Positions 51,560-63,144 of a DNA stretch of 64,000 nucleotides are shown one piece after another. A program made the translations under genes and the position numbers. Each line of letters opens with the position of its first letter. Positions within the stretch are counted from its first letter, which is position 1. Origin of the DNA: Glaucostegus cemiculus (Eukaryota); the NCBI GenBank assembly GCA_976551045.1, contig CDPCPM010000052.1, positions 11,408,001 to 11,472,000 of the forward strand, read 5' to 3'. The notes below the pieces were generated by a model that saw only the letters and a list, made by a program, of their open reading frames with translations, was not told the DNA's origin and did not search any database.

Positions 51560-52052
51560 GAGGCTTGCATCCACTCAAAAGTGTGTTAAGGGCATCTGCA
51601 GCAGTGGTATAAATAAGGAGACAGCACAAAGTTGGACTCTTGCCTGTATACAGTGCAGTCCCAGCAATTGATGATGGGGTCTATCCAGTTTAGTCCCCTT
51701 TAAGTTCATAATACTGAAGGCAACAGCCTTTTTCAATGAAATTGCATATCCTTAGTGAATAGTCGTTGGAGATTTCTATGGAAATGTGGATTAGGAGGGT
51801 ATGAGAGCTCGCAATGTAAAGAAGCAATTGGTGAAGGAATGATACAGCAGCCAATGATGAGTGCCGTGCTGCTTCACAAGATGTGATAGAGCAGACCAAT
51901 AGCATGCTGAAACAGCACTGCTGCAGCTCCACCCTTCAAGACCTGAGCATTTCAAAACTCATAGTTGACTGCAATATGCTGCACACCATGTCATTATACA
52001 GATTCTCCTCATATATTGAGCAGATGTGGAGCAGGAATATGAGAAAGAGGTG
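51560..52052 (+). pseudogene. PIF/Harbinger transposase (DDE_Tnp_4-like) fossil
   Basis: Frame from 51853 reads NDECRAASQDVIEQTNSMLKQHCC...ISKLIVDCNMLHTM. This resembles the Harbinger C-terminal motif N..H..TR.VIE.T.G.LK.RF.CL...S..IV.CC.LHN. Confidence 0.6.
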
Positions 52053-52409
52053 ACTTAAAATCCAGTGTTGCTGTACTATTTCAATAACACGGCTTAATGC
52101 AGATAACTGGCACCTGCTGTTGTCCTTTAGGACATCCACCTTGATCAGAAGAAAATTGCTACTGCTTCTGGTCAATTGTTAAAGTTCTGGCTAGTAGAGT
52201 TAGGGTTAGGGTCACCTCTTTTAAGAAGTGGAAAGTCTAATTCCTGGTCTGTTCTCCACTTGTTAGCACTAGGCTGTTCAAGCTGCCCTCTGTAGTCCTG
52301 GAATTCCAATGGGAAAAAATAGCAATAGTTACTAATTACACTTCAATGACAAATAGTATGTACCTATAGTAAATAGTACTGATATATGTCAATGAGTGTT
52401 TTTTATTTA

Positions 52410-54000
52410 CTTATTCATTTTTTGGGATGTGGGCTTTGCATCCTTCCATGATGTGGGTGATACTATGAACATTTACTGTTCATCCCGAACTACCCTTGAG
52501 AAGATGATGGTGAGCTACCTTCTTAAACCATTTCAGTCATTCCAACGAAAATACTCCCATGAAACTGTTGGATAGGGATTTCCTGAGTTTGGACCCAATA
52601 ACAATGAAGTTGATGTATTTCCAAGTCAGGATTTTGTGGGACTTGAAATGAAACTTCCAGGTGATGTTGTTCTCCTGTGCCTGCTATCCTTGTTCTTCCT
52701 GGTGATAGAAGTTGTTGTTTGCAAGGTGCTGTTGGAGCATATGAGGTGAATAACTGCAGTTCATTTTAAAGGTGACATGTGCTGCAACCATAGTACACTG
52801 GTGGTCGGGTGGAATGGATGTTTAGGGTGATGGATAGGGTTGGCCAAAGAATTTATGTGGTGTGTTTCTGGTTAACGATAATTTCTAGGATATTGTTGAT
52901 GGGAGCTCAGTGATGGCATGAATGTTATTTGCCACTTAATTCGCCCATATCGAACTGTTGTCTAGGTCTTGCTACAGGCAGACACAGACTGTTTTATTTG
53001 CTTAGAAGTTGCAAATAATATTGAAAAGAATCAAGTCTATCAGAATCAGGTTTATTATCACTGACATATGTCATGAAATTTGTTGTTTTTCAGCAGCAGT
53101 ACAGTGCAAGACATAAAACTTACTCTGTTACAAAAATAAGTAAATAGTGCAAAGGAGGAATAACAAGGTAGTGTTCATGGGTTCATGGACTGTTCAGAAA
53201 TCTGATGGCAGAGGGGAAGAAGCTGTTCCTGAAGCTCTGATCTTGAAGATGTCCTTGATGGTGAGGAGGGTTATGCTCACGATGGAGCTGGCTAAGTCTA
53301 CAACTCTCTGCAGCCTCTTTTGATCCTGCGTATTGGAGCCTCCATACCAGGCAGTGTTGCAACCAGTCAGAATGCTCTCCACCATACATCTGTAGAAATT
53401 TGCAAGAGCCTTTGGTGACATACCAAACCTCCTCAAACTCCTAATGAAGTATAGCCAGTGGTGTGCCTTCTTTGTGATTGCATCAGTGTGTTGGGCCCAA
53501 TTAGATCCTCTGAGATGTTGATGCCTAGGAACTTGAAGCTGCTCACCCTTTCCAGCACTGACTCCTCAATGAGGACTGGTCTGTGTTTCCCGACCTCCCT
53601 TTCCTGAAGTCCACAATCAATTCCATGGTCTTGCTGATGCTGAGTGTGATATTGTTGTTGCGACACCGCTCAACCAACCGATCTGTCTCACTCCTGTATG
53701 CCTCCTCATCGCTATCTGAGATTCTACCAACAACAGTGGTGTCATCAGCAAATTTATAGATGGCGTTTGAGCTGTGCATAGCCACACAGTTGTGAGTGTA
53801 GAGAGAATAAAGCAGTGGGCTAAGCACGTATCCTTGAGGTGTGCCAGTGTTGATTGTTAGCGAGGATGAGATGTTACTACCGATCACAATTATGTGCAAA
53901 CATCTCTACTTCTGACTTATTAAGATAATTGATGCTGCAGCTGAAGATGATTGGTCGCAGGAAATCCTGCGAATGAATTCTGTAAGTATGTGAGGTTGCT
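52410..54000 (-). mobile_element. Third copy of the old CR1/L2-group LINE 3' end, split by Rex1
   Basis: Reverse tail gggatgtgggc...catttactgttcatcccgaactacccttgagaag. Resumes at ~53893. Confidence 0.6.
53040..53892 (-). mobile_element. Rex1/Babar LINE, 5'-truncated
   Basis: INTGTPQGYVLSPLLYSLYTHNCVA...YKFADDTTVVGRI...EEAYRSE...NN..L...KTMELIVDFRK and FYRCMVESILTGC.TAWYG. Tail aataaacctgattctga. Confidence 0.9.
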
Positions 54001-54652
54001 GCTTGACTGTACTATGGGACAAATCTCCCACAGATCATTTGAGCTGAAACATTAGCTTTGCTTTTCTTTACACAGATGTTGCCTGACCTTCTGAGGGTTT
54101 CCAACATTTTCTCTTTTTTAATATTCCAATTTAGACATTGGTCCCTAGGTATTTTTGAAGAATACTTTGCAAGATCAGCTGGGCTGGGAGCAATTTTACC
54201 ATGTCTGACTTTGATGCCTGGGCTGATATTGGTTGATCTGTTCATTTTATTATTTCTTGTTTTAATTGATCTTATTGAATGGTATTGCAGGGTGAGGGAC
54301 TAAGTGACCTATTGCTGCTCCTAAATTTATATGTTTGTATGTTCCTATGTAACAGTTGAGGGACATTTAAAGTAAAGGTCCAAGAAATTTGTAGTTTTTA
54401 TTTTTGTGAACCCAGAAGAATTTTAAATGCTTCATCTGGACTTGCAAGAAAATGCAATCCCACTGCCAGTATAATTAAGAGCAACTCCCAGCCCTCCTTC
54501 ATAGGGTTTACTTCCCCAATGCACCCACCTTCACACTTACTGAACTTGATGTGTTGACCACCTGTGTACCAGAGGTGCTTGATTTCCTGCTCAATGTCCA
54601 TCTGGTGCCTGCTGCTCATTAGCAGTATTTCAAAGAAGCCAACGGCCAAATT

Positions 54653-54869
54653 GCAAACAAAAACAGAAAATGTTAGGAATATTCGTCAGGTCAGGCAGTG
54701 TCCATGGAAAGAAAAAAAGTTAACATTTCAGGTCGAAGTGTTCTGACAAAGGGCCTTTGACCTGAAATATTCTGTTTATCTTTTCGTATCTGTTGTCTGA
54801 CCTGCTGAGTGCTTGCAGCATTTTTTGTTTTTGTTTCAGATTTCCAGCATCTGCAGTTTTATTTTTATA
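54653..54869. mobile_element. Fold-back Penelope-arm element
   Basis: Inverted arms around gttctgacaaagggcctttgacctgaaatatt (hammerhead-like). Flanks gccaaatt / gctaaatt are a possible TSD. Confidence 0.7.
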
Positions 54870-55789
54870 GCTAAATTAGGCTCAGGGACTCAAGAAAGGC
54901 ACATGGAGACAATGTTCTATTAACTTTATATTGGTTTTATGTGGCATCTGAAATGTTTCATGTTGAAAAGTGACCAGATTTGATTATTGGTTGCCAAGAT
55001 TGCCAAGGTTAACCTTCTTACACATTGTTTCTTCACATATTTTTTCCAACAGAGATCACTGAGTATCCCTGGAAAAAAAATGTCAGTAGATTCAGGTCCT
55101 AACAGATGATGTTATGCAGCTGACAGAATCATGCTAAGAACATTTCATCATATTTTGAAAATGGAAATAACTTTGTCACCTGACATTTAAGACTTGTTCT
55201 CTCTGTGGTGCAGATGGTAATTCCCCAGTGTTATCTGATCAAGGATCCTTACTCACAACTGGGAGTTAAAGTTGCTTCACAGCAGTATTCTCTCTCTGAG
55301 GCATAGTACACATTTTGTTTCCATACAAAAGTTAAACAATTATGTCAGGCACTTTCCTAAATTTTTCATAGAGCTTTGTCTGCCTATCAACATTTTCATT
55401 TAAAATTTCCTTTCTTCCATTTTGTGCTTGGTGTGCTGCATTGTATATATGCCTTGTGTGCACAATTCAGATTGTATAAGTCTGTTGTCCAATAGTTTTT
55501 ATCACCTCTGCATGCTCCCATTACTTGTCACAACCTTGCTTGGGGAGGACTTTGTGGGAACATTTTTGTAATTCATTTGTGATGTGGTTCTCGGCATGGT
55601 TCTCTCATTCCTCCTAACTTCTAAATACAGCACTTTACATGATTTCCTCTTCATTGCTTTCTCACTGTGTTGAAATCAGTAATTGTTACCCAATTTCCTA
55701 GTATAACTCATTATTCTCAAGACTTCAAAGCTATGGAATTCTTCAGTCTTCCTTCTACAAATCTTGCTGTCACTCAGGCATTAATTGGT

Positions 55790-56535
55790 AATCGGTTTAT
55801 TATTGTCACATGTACAAAGATACAGTGAAAAGCTTTTGTTTGCATGCCATCCAGACAGATCATTCCATACATCGAGTGTACATCGAGGTAGTACAAAAGG
55901 AAGAAAAAAATAAAATACAGAATATTACAGGTACAGAGAAAATGCGGTGCAGGTAGACAAATAAAATGCAAGGGCCATGATGAGGTAGATTGAGAGATCA
56001 AGAGTCCATCTTTGCTGTATAAGAGGGCTGTTCAAGAGTCTTATAACATTGGGATAGAAGCTGTCCTCGAGCCTGGTGGTATGTGTTCTCAAGCTTTTGT
56101 ATCTTCTCTCTGATGGAGGGGGGAGAAGAGGGAATGACCAGGCTGGGAGGGGTCCTTGATTATGTTGGCTGCTTCCCTGGGGCAGTAGGAAGTGTAAACA
56201 TGGTTAATGGAGGGGAGGCTGGTTTGTGTGATAGACTGAGTTGCATTCACAACTCTGTAGTTTCTTGCGGTTTTGGACAAAGCAGTTGCTGTATCAAGCT
56301 GTGATGCATCCAGATAGGATACTTTCTATGGTGCATCTGTAAAAATTGGTGAGAGTCATTGGGGACATGTCATTGTTTGAGATCTGGCCCATTGTGGTAG
56401 TATCATCTGCAAATTTGTAAATGGAGTTAGAGCAGAATTTGGCTACACAGTCATGAGTGTATAGGGAGTAAAGTAAGAAGCTGAGGACGCAGACTTACAG
56501 GGCACCTATGTTGAGGATAATCATGGAAGAGGTGT
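55790..56535 (-). mobile_element. Rex1/Babar LINE 3' fragment
   Basis: RVVNATQSITQTSLPSI..VY.S.C..EAANIIKDPSQPGHSLFSPL, plus reverse YKFADDTT at ~56395-56420. Confidence 0.88.
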
Positions 56536-58159
56536 TATAAGACCATAAAGCATAGGAGCAGAATTAGGCCATTTGCCCATCAAGTCTGCTTTGCCAATCA
56601 ATGGTGCAAAGTAATTAGAAAATAGTATCAAAAATTATTTTCTGAAACTGGCAGAGAAATTGGGAACTGGCAAATGATGGAGGCAGATTTTTAAAAGTGC
56701 TGTTAAATAAAGATTAAGACCTTCTTCACAGTGGGGAGATGGAAGATCAGAGTGTGAAGTGCAACGCCCAGGAATATTGATAAAAGCCCTGATTTCATTT
56801 TTGAAATTGTGCATTGGGAATAATCTGTGGCTTCTGAAAGTAAGGCAAATGAGGTGCAAAAGTTAAGAGCTCTCAGGACCAATCTATATACTGATTGTTA
56901 AACAGCTGTGGTGTCAGGTGAGGAGTTCACTCTTATTCTTTGAGGTTCAAAATGTATTCACATCAGCCTTTATTGCTATAGATCACTTAGTAGTATTTGA
57001 GTCAAGCAAGGTGCTTTATAAATGCAAATCTTCCTTCAGATGATGAAATGTAAAGAAGTCTGCTAAACTAAGGCTGGTTACCACATCAGTGTATTAAACT
57101 GGTGTCTTTCCAAGTTTCATATGCTTTATACAATTAATTACTGTCACTTCAAACTGACCATTTGAAAAACTGATGCCACACAGAGAGGTTATCTTGCAAC
57201 CAAAATCAACAATGCTTCATTTAGTTGTAAAGAATAAAAAACAAATGACTTGCACATTCATGACTGCAGGATGTATCAAATCACTTCATAGTGAAGTGTA
57301 ATCACTATTATAATTGAAGAAATATACAGCAGTATTAATAACGAGATAATCTGTTTCTGTGATGTTAATTGAGAGATAAGTATTGAATCGTAATTTAGAT
57401 TGACCACTTGATCAACTTGAAGTGACAATAATTAATTGTATAAAGCACACTGAGCTTGCAAGGAGATGCATTTATGCTGTTTCTGTCAGCATGTAATAGG
57501 TCGGCAAGAAGCTATGATCAACTGAATAGTTTCTCTACCACTTGATATTGTGATATGGTAACCAGCCTTAGTTTGGAAGACATCTTGACATTTCCTGATC
57601 TGAAAGTAGATTTGCATTTATAAGGAGCCTTGCATGACATTCAAACATCTGAAACTTCTCAGCACTATTTCACTATTTGCAGGACAACGAGGAAGAAGAC
57701 CAGGATCAGCAGAGGCCCCTCTTTGTTTTAAATCCCTCAATCAAAGAGTAGTCTGGGTTGGATACAGCAGGGCCTGAAAAATAGGCCATAAGTCATGGTG
57801 GAGCCATCAGTGCCTATCATTGCATCCATTGGAAGTTTCAGCACAAATCCCTGGGGATTTGGGGGAGTCAACATGATATGGGTATACCAGTTGAATCACA
57901 CATCATGAATGTGTATGGAGGGTATCACAGTGATCCTGGAGGCCATCGGAATAATAAAGCTAAAGGTAAATTGCACTTTCAAATATTCACCTCAAAACTC
58001 AGAGAGTCTGTCCTTTAAGTTGGATACTACTTATTACCCCAAAACATTCCTAGTTGCATCACCTATTTTGTAAAGGCAAATGTATCTTATTATAATGTCA
58101 TCAATATTAAATTGGAACTCTTGTCTTAAGAAATGACCCAGAAATCTGCACGCAGAATC

Positions 58160-58290
58160 ACAGAGACACTAGGCACTAGAATGTGGAGCAAAAAACAAAC
58201 TGCTGGAGGAACTCAGCAGGTCAGGCAGCATCTGTAGAAGGAAATGGACAGTTGATGTTTTGGGTTGAGAGTCTTCATCCGGACTGCAGA
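58160..58290 (-). mobile_element. Solo Penelope-like terminal-repeat arm
   Basis: tgctggaggaactcagcaggtcaggcagcatctg...cagttgatgttttgggttgagagtcttcatccggactg. Confidence 0.75.
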
Positions 58291-58919
58291 TGTTTGTGCA
58301 CAAAGGAAATGTCCGAAAGTAGGTGTTGGAACCTTCATTGAAAGAAATTAACACTGGGAGCGGGGAAAGTTCTGGGTTTGTTGGAGGAAAACCCAGTAGA
58401 TCACCGTTTTGGAGATAAACTGTTGTCAGCAAATAAATATTTCGGGTGAGGTCTGAACATCAAATGACTAGAAATTAATAATTTTCATTGCTATTCATTG
58501 CCCCTTTATGAAGAGACTTAAAATATCCTAAAAAAATGGTACGTTGTTATTTTCATAAAAATGTCAGACTTTATGTAAGCAAGTACTAGATCTCACCTTT
58601 TCCATTATAAGTTCTTGTGTCTATGTTTAACATAGACGCCACTTGTCAGGCTATATTTATATCATTTTGTTCCGATAAATGTAATGCAGCACCACCAGTG
58701 GCGGGAAGTTTGAATTACAGCATGATAAGTTTACACAGGCAATTTTCATTGAAAATATGGATGTAGCAATTTGCATTGGAAACTCTAAAACAAGGAGAGA
58801 ATACGGCTTTAAAATGGGAAACAAATTACATTAATTAGTCCAATTGTCTGCAATCCTCTGGCCCTGATTCAACTGTAGATGGTAGTTGGCCTTGACTCTG
58901 AAGTTAATTTTAACCAGTC

Positions 58920-59059
58920 TATCATGTAATATGAGTAATATTAGATTGGTTGCCTTTGCACATCCAACATAAATCTAGAAATATATTAATATCATGTAAT
59001 ATGAGTAATACTAGATTGGTTGTCTTTGCACATCCAACATAAATCTAGAAATATATTAA
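58920..59059. repeat. Tandem duplication 2 x 70 bp
   Basis: 58920-58989 vs 58990-59059, with 2 mismatches. Confidence 0.95.
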
Positions 59060-60597
59060 AAGTCCTTTGTCTAGATGTAATAGGAAACATAAGAATTCAA
59101 TTGTTTCTATTGTAAATTCCTATGTCACCTTTTACAATGGTAACTAACTATAAAACTGTCACCCTCAAATCCCATTATACTCTAATTCCACGCCTGCCAG
59201 TCAAGAACTACAGTGCCACCATTGACAAGAAATTGTAATTGCATCATGAAAAGTTTACATAAGTATTTTTGTTTCTAAATGTAAGCTTATGAAAGTAAGG
59301 ACATGTGAATTTTGAATAATATGAGCTGAGAATTAGATTTGCATATTTAATTCCAAATATCCCTCAATGCTTAAATCCATTTCCCCAAACACGGCAGTTG
59401 GTCTTGCTGTGTGTGCAACACCACAGGAACTCAACTAATGATCTCAAAGAGAAAGAAAGAACTTGCATTTGTATAGTGCCTTTCACATAGTCAGGACAGT
59501 CCAAACCACTTTACTATCAATTACCTTTGAAGTGTATTTGCTAGTGTAAAGTAAAAGTTTTAAGAGAATTGACAAAACCAAAATAAACCACAACTATAAA
59601 TAATGAATTTAGTGTTAAAGTTACAGCTTTGGTATCTCATAGTTTGCCAGTGAAAGGGTTAATTGCAATGAGCTTTGGGCGTGGGTGCTATAGCTCTGTG
59701 GTTAATCTGAGAGTTTGTGTGTGTGTGTGCAAAATGAGTGGAGGATTTGCTTTGAAGTGAGGCACCGGGGATTTTCCCCACCCACATAACGATTTAAATA
59801 ACCTTTGCCTGTCAGTGAGGGTTTGCTATAAGGCAAGAGAGAAACAAGAGAAATAGTTCACTTCAAATGTGTATAATGGTACCCCTGATGTAATTGCGTA
59901 TGCAGGCCATGAAGCTCAGTTATATTTTGTGTATGGTTGTTTCAAAGCATCATATCACAGCTTAATTCAGCAAGGAGAAACTGCTAATTGCATCTGCCAT
60001 TTGAATAAATGTGTTAGCTTCATGGCATTCAATCTGCTGTCTATGTCGCTGTTGCTGTGTTTAGTGTTATTTAATTTCTTATATATAGGTCTGAGTTCAG
60101 TAGACTTAAAGCATAAAGGTGTGTTGCAAATGACGATGGACATTGAAGAATCACTGGGACAGAAGCAGCCTATTTAGCCATCTAACCTGCTCTGCAGTTC
60201 CATCACTATGTCTTTTCTGTACCTTGATTTCATTTTCACACCATAACCCTACATCCAACAAAGATCCATCATTCTTTGTCTGCAAAGTTCCAATTTTTCC
60301 ATGTTGGCAATCTTGTGAAGGAGAACGTTCTAGATTTCAACAGCTCCTTGTGCAAAACAGTGGTCCTTGATTTCTAAATTTGATATGTATTTTATAAAAT
60401 TTTGTTAATGGAGTACAGAGTAGGAAATTCAGCATTTGAAAGAAAGACAATGAATGTGTGTGTGTAAGTTGATAGCCTTTATCAGAATCTATTTATGATG
60501 GAGAGTGTTCATTTGAGATGCAAACCTCTTTACTAGCTTTTCGGATATTAATTGCATATGAGGGGGTTAATCTGGCCTATCCAAGGACACACATGCA

Positions 60598-61100
60598 AAG
60601 AACATAAGGAAAAGGAGCAGGAGTAAATCACTCAATGTCTTGAGCCTTGCTTTACCATTGAGTAAGATCATGGTTGATCCAACCTTGGCCTCAGCATCAC
60701 TTTCCCGCTCTTTTTCCATACTCCATAAATCTCTTGGAGTTTAAACGTCTGTCTACCTCTGCTTTGAATGTATTCAATGACGTTGTCTCCAGAGTAGAGA
60801 ATTCAAGAGATTCACATCCTACAAAGAGAAAAATTTCCTCCTAATCTTGGAAATGAATGGCCCTTACTCTTAAACCATGTTAAATAGTTCCAGGGAAATA
60901 TCCTCTCAGGATCCCCCTCAGACTCCTAAATATTTTAATGAGATCAACACGTATTCTTCTACACTCCAATGATATTAACCCAACCTGCTCAACCTTTCTT
61001 CATGTATCAACACATTCATCCATCAAATCAGCCTGATAAACCCTCTCTGCTCTGTCTCCAGTGTAAGTATATCAAAACTTCCTCACTTTTATGCTCCATG
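60598..61100 (-). mobile_element. CR1 3' fragment
   Basis: aagaacataaggaaaaggagcaggagta...aagatcatggttgatc (reverse CR1 3' end). Confidence 0.75.
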
Positions 61101-61298
61101 TATGTTTCCTTTAAAGACAAAAGGTCTAAGTGCTAGAAATTCTGCTCTCCATAGAAATATGCACTGAAATATTGCTATGCAGTGTCAGTTTTTTCCATGG
61201 CTCTGGGGCAATGATGCACAATGTGAAATGGTTGTACTCATAAGCAGCATAATTCCTGAACCTTTAGTTCAAGCACGCAGAGTAATTTGTGTAATTTC

Positions 61299-62372
61299 TA
61301 CTGTTCAGAAATCCCCTAAGATTAGGGATCAGTCTCATTGGGTGCTGTTTCTCGCTCTTCCTTTAAACTCACTTCCTGCACTCCCATTAAACTTACCAGG
61401 GCACTGTTTCCCACACTCTCTTGAAGTAAACCAGGGTTTCCTGCACTCACTTTAAACTTACTAGGGGCCTGTTTCTCATGCTCCCTTTAAACTTACTAAG
61501 GCACTATTTCCCACACTCCTTTTAAACTCACCTTTCCTGTACCCTTTAAATTTACCAGTGCCCTGTTTCCCATGCTCCACTTAAAGTTACCAAGGCCCCA
61601 TTTCTCACGGTCCTTTAAAAACTTACTGGCGCCCTGTTTCCTTTGCTCCGTTTAAACTCAGCAAGTTCACTGGAAAATGATCGTCTCAGAAAAATGATAT
61701 AAAAATATGTTGGAGCATCAATATTGAATAATATCCAATATTCCAGAAAATCTGGAACAACACCTCATATTCTACTTGGGAAGTCTACAGCACAATGGTA
61801 TCAACATTGAATTTTCGCCCGTGTTTCCTCTCTTTCTCGTCCCTCTCTCCTTTTGATCCACCCCTGCTCCTTCCATTTTTGTCCCCTTTCCTATAACTCC
61901 CCCCCCCCTTCAGTCCTCCTCCCCTCCAGGTTCCATCACCCTCAAGCTTCTGTGTCCACCTTCAGCCTCCCCATCTGGCCTCTCTCTTTTCTCTTTTTTT
62001 CCCCTATAGTCTGCTTCCATCTACAGTATAACCCACCTGCCTTATCTCCCAACTCCACCCATCCCCCTACCCCACCTGGCTTCATCTGACCATCATTCCT
62101 TGCCCCTCCCTAGTCCACCTTCTGATCCCTCTACTCACTTACCAGCTACCTTCCCTCTTCACTCTTAATTTTGATGTTGGGTCTCAACCTGAAATTTTGA
62201 CAATTCCTTTCAGCTCCAAAATGCTACTTGACCCGCTGAGTTCCTCCAGCAGTTTGTTTTTTGTTCATGATTAGAGCATCTCCAGTATTTTGAGTCTCTG
62301 TAATTCCAGAAAATCTACCAATCCAGCACCATCAAAGTCCTGAGGGTGCTGGACTATTGGGATGTTACCGTA
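61299..62372 (+). mobile_element. Tigger-like MITE with ~35-bp minisatellite (61340-61660), interrupted by a Penelope-like insertion
   Basis: ~10 units of agggccctgtttcccacactccctttaaactta-like repeat. Terminal hairpin tccagcacc/ggtgctgga and end ...gatgttaccgTA. Same family as 39141-39605. Confidence 0.6.
61754..62302 (+). mobile_element. Penelope-like 3' fragment
   Basis: LEQHLIFYLGSLQHNGINIEFS coding, CT-rich tract and terminal arm. Exact 14-bp TSD attccagaaaatct (61740-61753, 62303-62316). Confidence 0.85.
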
Positions 62373-62647
62373 TTTGAGGCTCAAGAATTTCTTCAGTGCG
62401 TATACCTTCTTTGGTGTTGCAATGATAAGTCTTACATCACTGATATCACTGCTGCTTCCAGCAGCTTCCATGTATAGTTATGTCACATGCAGATGGAAGA
62501 AGCCATTAACTGAATTTCTCTTTTTCTATGCTATGTGTATTGAAGTGCCATTGTGTCACAGAATCATACAGCACAGAAACAGGCCCTTCAGCCCACCATG
62601 TTCATGCTGACATCGATTACCTATCCAATCTAATCCTGTTTTACCAT

Positions 62648-63110
62648 ACAAGGTTTCGACACCAAAATATTAACAATTCCTTTCCTCCTACAGATGCTGT
62701 CTGACCCCCTGAGTTCCTCCAGAAGATTGTTTGTTGCTCCATATTCCAGCATCTGCAGTCTCTTGTGTCTCTAAGACCATGTGGAGATAGGTTAAGACAG
62801 GTCAGGTGATAAGGAGCATGAATGTTGACCATTAGCAAGGCATTTAAAAGAAATGGAGTGAGAAGGGGACATAAGTATGATAACGGGAAACAATGAGAAG
62901 GCAATTTAGCTGAAGTCAGAGAATCACTTTTACATTCCAGGCCTATACAGAACATATGATGTTGTTCTAATTTATGTTGGGCCTCACCGAGGCAGTGGAG
63001 GGTCTGCAAATGGACAGATCAGAAAGGGAATAGGATTGAGAATTAAAGTGGCATGCAGCAAGAAGTTGAGGATCACCCCTGCAGATTGAGCGCAGGTGCC
63101 CAGTGAAGTT
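62648..63110. mobile_element. Penelope-like fragments (arm on +, GIY-YIG-region coding on -)
   Basis: Minus strand reads FTGHLRSIC...ACHFNS and LHCLGEAQHKLEQHH. Arm at 62648-62772. Confidence 0.7.
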
Positions 63111-63144
63111 TATCTGAGGTCATTCATGCTAATAAGTGCAAAGA

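Noticed and set aside
58686-58703. CTCF-like gcagcaccaccagtggc
   Set aside because: Matches the CTCF core only with a one-base deletion; spacing is wrong.
61340-61660. Regular ~35-bp repeats (also 39280-39540) as a CRISPR-like array
   Set aside because: Units are contiguous and degenerate with no unique spacers, the context is eukaryotic, and there are no cas genes.
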